Positions 60,766-64,000 of a stretch of 64,000 bases of DNA are shown here, piece by piece; the first letter of the stretch is position 1, and the number at the start of each line of letters is the position of its first letter. The translations under genes and the position numbers were made by a program. Under the pieces are notes generated by a model. The model searched no databases. It had not been told where the DNA came from and was given only the letters and a program-made list of their open reading frames with translations. This DNA is from a virus. Lineage: Duplodnaviria > Caudoviricetes. The DNA is taken from positions 1 through 64,000 of the IMG/VR virus record IMGVR_UViG_2788500332_000006. One strand, 5' to 3'.

Positions 60766-61898
60766 TGGGCGGTCTGTACGACACATTCCAACCAGACGAA
60801 CGCGGCGTCTATCACCTACCGGATGGCATCTACTTCAACCTTCCTGAAGCCATCTATCATGCCGATGACGCGCTCGGCTCGACCTCGATCATCGAGATCG
60901 CCAGCAAGCCTTGCCTCTGGCAATACAATCGCCTTCGCCCGCGCAAGGAGATGGAGGCGGAATACCTGGTCTGGGGGCGCGCGTGGCATTGCCGCCTCCT
61001 CGAGGGGAAGGATGCCTTCAATTCCCGCTATGCCCGCCCGCCGAGGCCGGAGGACTTCCCCGGCTGCCTCGTGACGGCCGACGACGTGAAGGACTTCCTC
61101 CGCCAGAACGGGCAGAGGCTTACTGGCGCGAAAGCCGAACTCGTCGCCCGCGCCAAGGCCTGCGACGATTGCCCGCCGATCTTCGATGACCTGCTTGCGG
61201 CCTGGAGAGTCGAGCACCCCGACTATGTCGAGCTCACCCCGCGTCAGGTGCAGGAGATCGAGGACGCCGTCTCGAACATGCAGCGCGATCCGACGCTGGC
61301 AGCCGTCATGCAGGCCGGCGCGCTGATCGACGGCGCGGCCGAGCTTTCGATCTTCTACACGGAGAGCGGCATTCGCCGGAAGGCACGCTTCGACTACGGG
61401 CTCGGTCCCGCCGGCGCCCGCACCAAGAGCCTCGTCATCGACCTCAAGAGCTTCACGACCTTCAAGGGCGGCAGCGACGAGGAGGCGGCCATCTCGAAGC
61501 TCTACGAGCGCGCCTACGACGTGCAGTCGGCTTGGTATCTTCGGGCGTTCCGCGCCGCCAGACGACTCCTTGCCGAGGGGCTGGTCTTCGGTGACGTGCC
61601 TCGGAGCGGCTATATCGAAAACCTCCTCGGAGCCGAGGCTGTCGACTGGGTCTGGGTCATGATCCGTCGCGACGCCGGCATGATCCCGGTGGTGGCTTCC
61701 GTTGGGGGCGACGACCAGCTTTTCGAGCACGCCGACCGCATCATCGACGACACCCTCGACGTCTACCGGTCCTATGTCGACCAGTTCGGCCTCGACCAGC
61801 TCTGGACGCCACCGCCGAAGGTCCCGCTCCGGCTCAACGCTTCCATGTTCCCCACCTACAACCGAGGCCTTTCCTATGAGCAGCCCGCAGCCCGCTAA
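60765..61898 (+). CDS. RecE/exonuclease VIII-like PD-(D/E)XK nuclease
   Basis: YHAD..LGST, G.AWH..LLE, E.S, KARFD, DLKS, Y.VQ.A.Y. Confidence 0.88.
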   Translation: MGGLYDTFQPDERGVYHLPDGIYFNLPEAIYHADDALGSTSIIEIASKPCLWQYNRLRPRKEMEAEYLVWGRAWHCRLLEGKDAFNSRYARPPRPEDFPGCLVTADDVKDFLRQNGQRLTGAKAELVARAKACDDCPPIFDDLLAAWRVEHPDYVELTPRQVQEIEDAVSNMQRDPTLAAVMQAGALIDGAAELSIFYTESGIRRKARFDYGLGPAGARTKSLVIDLKSFTTFKGGSDEEAAISKLYERAYDVQSAWYLRAFRAARRLLAEGLVFGDVPRSGYIENLLGAEAVDWVWVMIRRDAGMIPVVASVGGDDQLFEHADRIIDDTLDVYRSYVDQFGLDQLWTPPPKVPLRLNASMFPTYNRGLSYEQPAAR

Positions 61899-63111
61899 CG
61901 CCGTCGCCATCCTCGACGAGATCCGCGGCGATATCGCCCCTCTTCTCGCCGAGAACGGGCAGTCCTTCGACCGGCTGCTCTCGACCTTCAAGATCGCGGT
62001 TCAGCAGGAACCGAAGATCCTGCAATGCACGCCCGGCAGCCTACGTCGCGAGATCTCCAAGTGCGCCGCCGACGGGCTCGTCCCCGACGCCAAGGAAGCC
62101 GTCATCCTCTACTACTACGACAAGGAGGAGAAGGCTTTCATCGCCAACTACCAGCCGATGGTTTACGGCATCATCAAGCGGATGCGCGAACTGGGCTCGG
62201 TGTTCAACATCATCTGCGAGCTCGTCTGCCAGGGCGATACCTTCTCGTTCAATGCCGCCGACCCCGATAGCCTGTCGCACTTCTGGGATGTCTTCTCGGA
62301 GTCTCCGCGCGGCGCGACGCGTGCCGCCTACGTCATTTTCCGCGACAACCAGAAGCGGGTGATGCATCGCGAGATCATGACGCTTGCCGAGTTGCAATCG
62401 GTTCGAGATGCATCGAAGGCGCCCAACAGCCCGGCCTGGAAGAACTTCGAGGGTGAGATGTACCAGAAGGCGGTGTTGCGCCGCGGATCAAAGTACATCT
62501 CCATCAACAATGACAAGATCCGCTCCATGATCGAACGCATGGACGACATGTTCGATTTCCGCCAGCCGGCCCAAGTCGAGCGCGTCGACCCGTTTGCCGG
62601 TGGCGCGGCGCTGGAAGGTCGCAGGGAGCCGGCGCAGGCAATCGAGCACCAGCCGACCCAGCCGATCGAGATGGCCGCCACGGATCGCCAGGATGACCGG
62701 GCGCCGGTCTCCGCCGGCAAGGAGGACCAGCCGGCGTCGAAGGCCGGCCAGGAATCGGTCAAGCGCCCAAAGTACCTGGAGGAGGCTCCCGCCGTTCCGG
62801 ACGTGATGACGATCGATGCCGACGAGACGGCCGCCGTCGCCGAATCCTTCGGCAAGGTGCTGGCGATCGCCAATGAGCCTGGCTGCTCGGTCGAAGAGCG
62901 GCGAGGCATCCTTAAGGTGATCACCCCCGAGAAAAAGGCGAACACGCCGGAGCATCTTCACGAGGCCCTGCGCGTCGTCATCGCCATGGTCGACTGGTGC
63001 CTGCAGCGGGAAGCTCGTGAGATGCCGTGGGCATCCGATCACATGGCCTTCGCCCAGAAGCTGGCCGCCAAGCTCGACGTCGAGCGCCTCAACGTCGGCA
63101 AGTACCAGTGA
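61876..63111 (+). CDS. recT: RecT-family single-strand annealing protein with long C-terminal extension
   Basis: CTP.SL, A.DGL.PD..EA, YQPM..G, S.PAW....EM..KAVLRR. Confidence 0.9.
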   Translation: MSSPQPANAVAILDEIRGDIAPLLAENGQSFDRLLSTFKIAVQQEPKILQCTPGSLRREISKCAADGLVPDAKEAVILYYYDKEEKAFIANYQPMVYGIIKRMRELGSVFNIICELVCQGDTFSFNAADPDSLSHFWDVFSESPRGATRAAYVIFRDNQKRVMHREIMTLAELQSVRDASKAPNSPAWKNFEGEMYQKAVLRRGSKYISINNDKIRSMIERMDDMFDFRQPAQVERVDPFAGGAALEGRREPAQAIEHQPTQPIEMAATDRQDDRAPVSAGKEDQPASKAGQESVKRPKYLEEAPAVPDVMTIDADETAAVAESFGKVLAIANEPGCSVEERRGILKVITPEKKANTPEHLHEALRVVIAMVDWCLQREAREMPWASDHMAFAQKLAAKLDVERLNVGKYQ

Positions 63112-63119
63112 GGTCCGCC

Positions 63120-63848
63120 ATGAAAATCAGGGTCATCGACTTCGAAACGACCGGGACCGACAAGGATCTGAAGGCCGGCAAGAAGGTGGAGATCTGCGAG
63201 CTCGGCTACACCGAGGTCGACGTGGAGACGCGCTACGTCTCCATGCCCATTTGGCACTACGTCGATCCCGGCATATCGATCCCGCCGGAGGCGCGGGCCA
63301 TTCACCACATCTCCGACGCTGACGTGGCGGGCGCCATGTCGCCGGCGGAGGCTCGCACCCTGCTGATGTCCGGGATGGACCCGGGCGACCTGTTCGCCGC
63401 CCACCGTGCCTCCTTCGAACAGACGTTCTTCCCCGGCGGGACGCACGAGTGGATCTGCACCTACGTTGCGGCCAAGCACCTCTACGACGACCTGCCGGGC
63501 TATTCCAACCAGGCGCTCCGCTACATCCTCGGCATCGACCAAGGATTCGAGTGGCCGGTGCTCGCCATGCCGCCGCATCGGGCCGGTCCCGACTCCTACG
63601 TCACGGCCGGCATCATCCGCCACATGCTGATCGAGAACTCGACGCGCGATCTCACGACGCTGACGAGGCTCCCAATCCTGCAGAAGCGCGTTCCCTTCGG
63701 CAAGTACGAGGGGCAGCTCTGGGCCGACATGGATGCCGGCTACCTCGAATGGATCTTGAAGAAGGACTTCGACGACGAGGTCATGAATACCGCCCGCCAC
63801 TATCTCCGGCAGCGGCGCCAGGAAGCCACCCCATATCCCTTCGCTTAG
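63120..63848 (+). CDS. DEDDh 3'-5' exonuclease (exonuclease X-like) with C-terminal PFGKY domain
   Basis: DFETTG, AIHHI, AH.A.FE, ICT, HRAGPD, PFGKYEG. Confidence 0.9.
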   Translation: MKIRVIDFETTGTDKDLKAGKKVEICELGYTEVDVETRYVSMPIWHYVDPGISIPPEARAIHHISDADVAGAMSPAEARTLLMSGMDPGDLFAAHRASFEQTFFPGGTHEWICTYVAAKHLYDDLPGYSNQALRYILGIDQGFEWPVLAMPPHRAGPDSYVTAGIIRHMLIENSTRDLTTLTRLPILQKRVPFGKYEGQLWADMDAGYLEWILKKDFDDEVMNTARHYLRQRRQEATPYPFA

Positions 63849-63857
63849 GAGGACGAC

Positions 63858-64000
63858 ATGCAAATCCTGAAGAGGGGCGATATCGTCCTGCTGCCGGCGA
63901 AAGTCACAGGCTTTTCGACTGATGGCGAGGAGATCAACGTAGAGGTTGTTTCGGATTTGACGCGCATTTATGGCGTCCCCGTCGATTCTGTGACCGTCGT
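63858..64000 (+). CDS. Hypothetical protein, truncated by window end
   Basis: AGGAGG RBS; open to the end of the window. Confidence 0.6.
   Translation, partial: MQILKRGDIVLLPAKVTGFSTDGEEINVEVVSDLTRIYGVPVDSVTV

Larger units (their letters stand above)
1..64000. mobile_element. Temperate phage/prophage with contractile tail and lambda-type cos packaging (incomplete; integrase not in window)
   Basis: Head, tail, lysis, replication, immunity and recombination modules present; no housekeeping genes seen. Confidence 0.95.

Noticed and set aside
1-64000. Integrase and attL/attR
   Set aside because: None recognisable; probably outside the window, so prophage versus free phage cannot be settled.

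Overview
The whole window looks like part of one temperate tailed phage (probably a prophage) of a high-GC alphaproteobacterium, likely Hyphomicrobiales. No integrase, att site or host gene is visible. Layout: SRAP gene (1-639). Leftward late region (0.7-29.4 kb) with lambda-type terminase and portal, a protease-capsid fusion, a P2-like contractile tail, RcGTA-like head-spike genes and a holin/SAR-endolysin/spanin cassette. Lambda-like cos site at about 29.49 kb. Rightward ~17.5 kb accessory island (30.2-47.8 kb). Leftward replication/methylase operon (47.7-57.2 kb), cro/cI switch, and a rightward recombination operon (58.3-64 kb). Best novelty candidates: (1) a MoxR-like AAA+ ATPase and a zinc-peptidase/vWA gene separated by five tandem, highly diverged paralogues that share a core motif and a C-terminal helix, a possible adaptor array for a phage protease/remodelling machine; (2) ten covarying mini-hairpins just upstream of Shine-Dalgarno sites across the island; (3) a ~450-nt GNRA-rich structured leader RNA behind a promoter carrying the putative CI operator. 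All family calls come from motif recognition by eye, not database searches.
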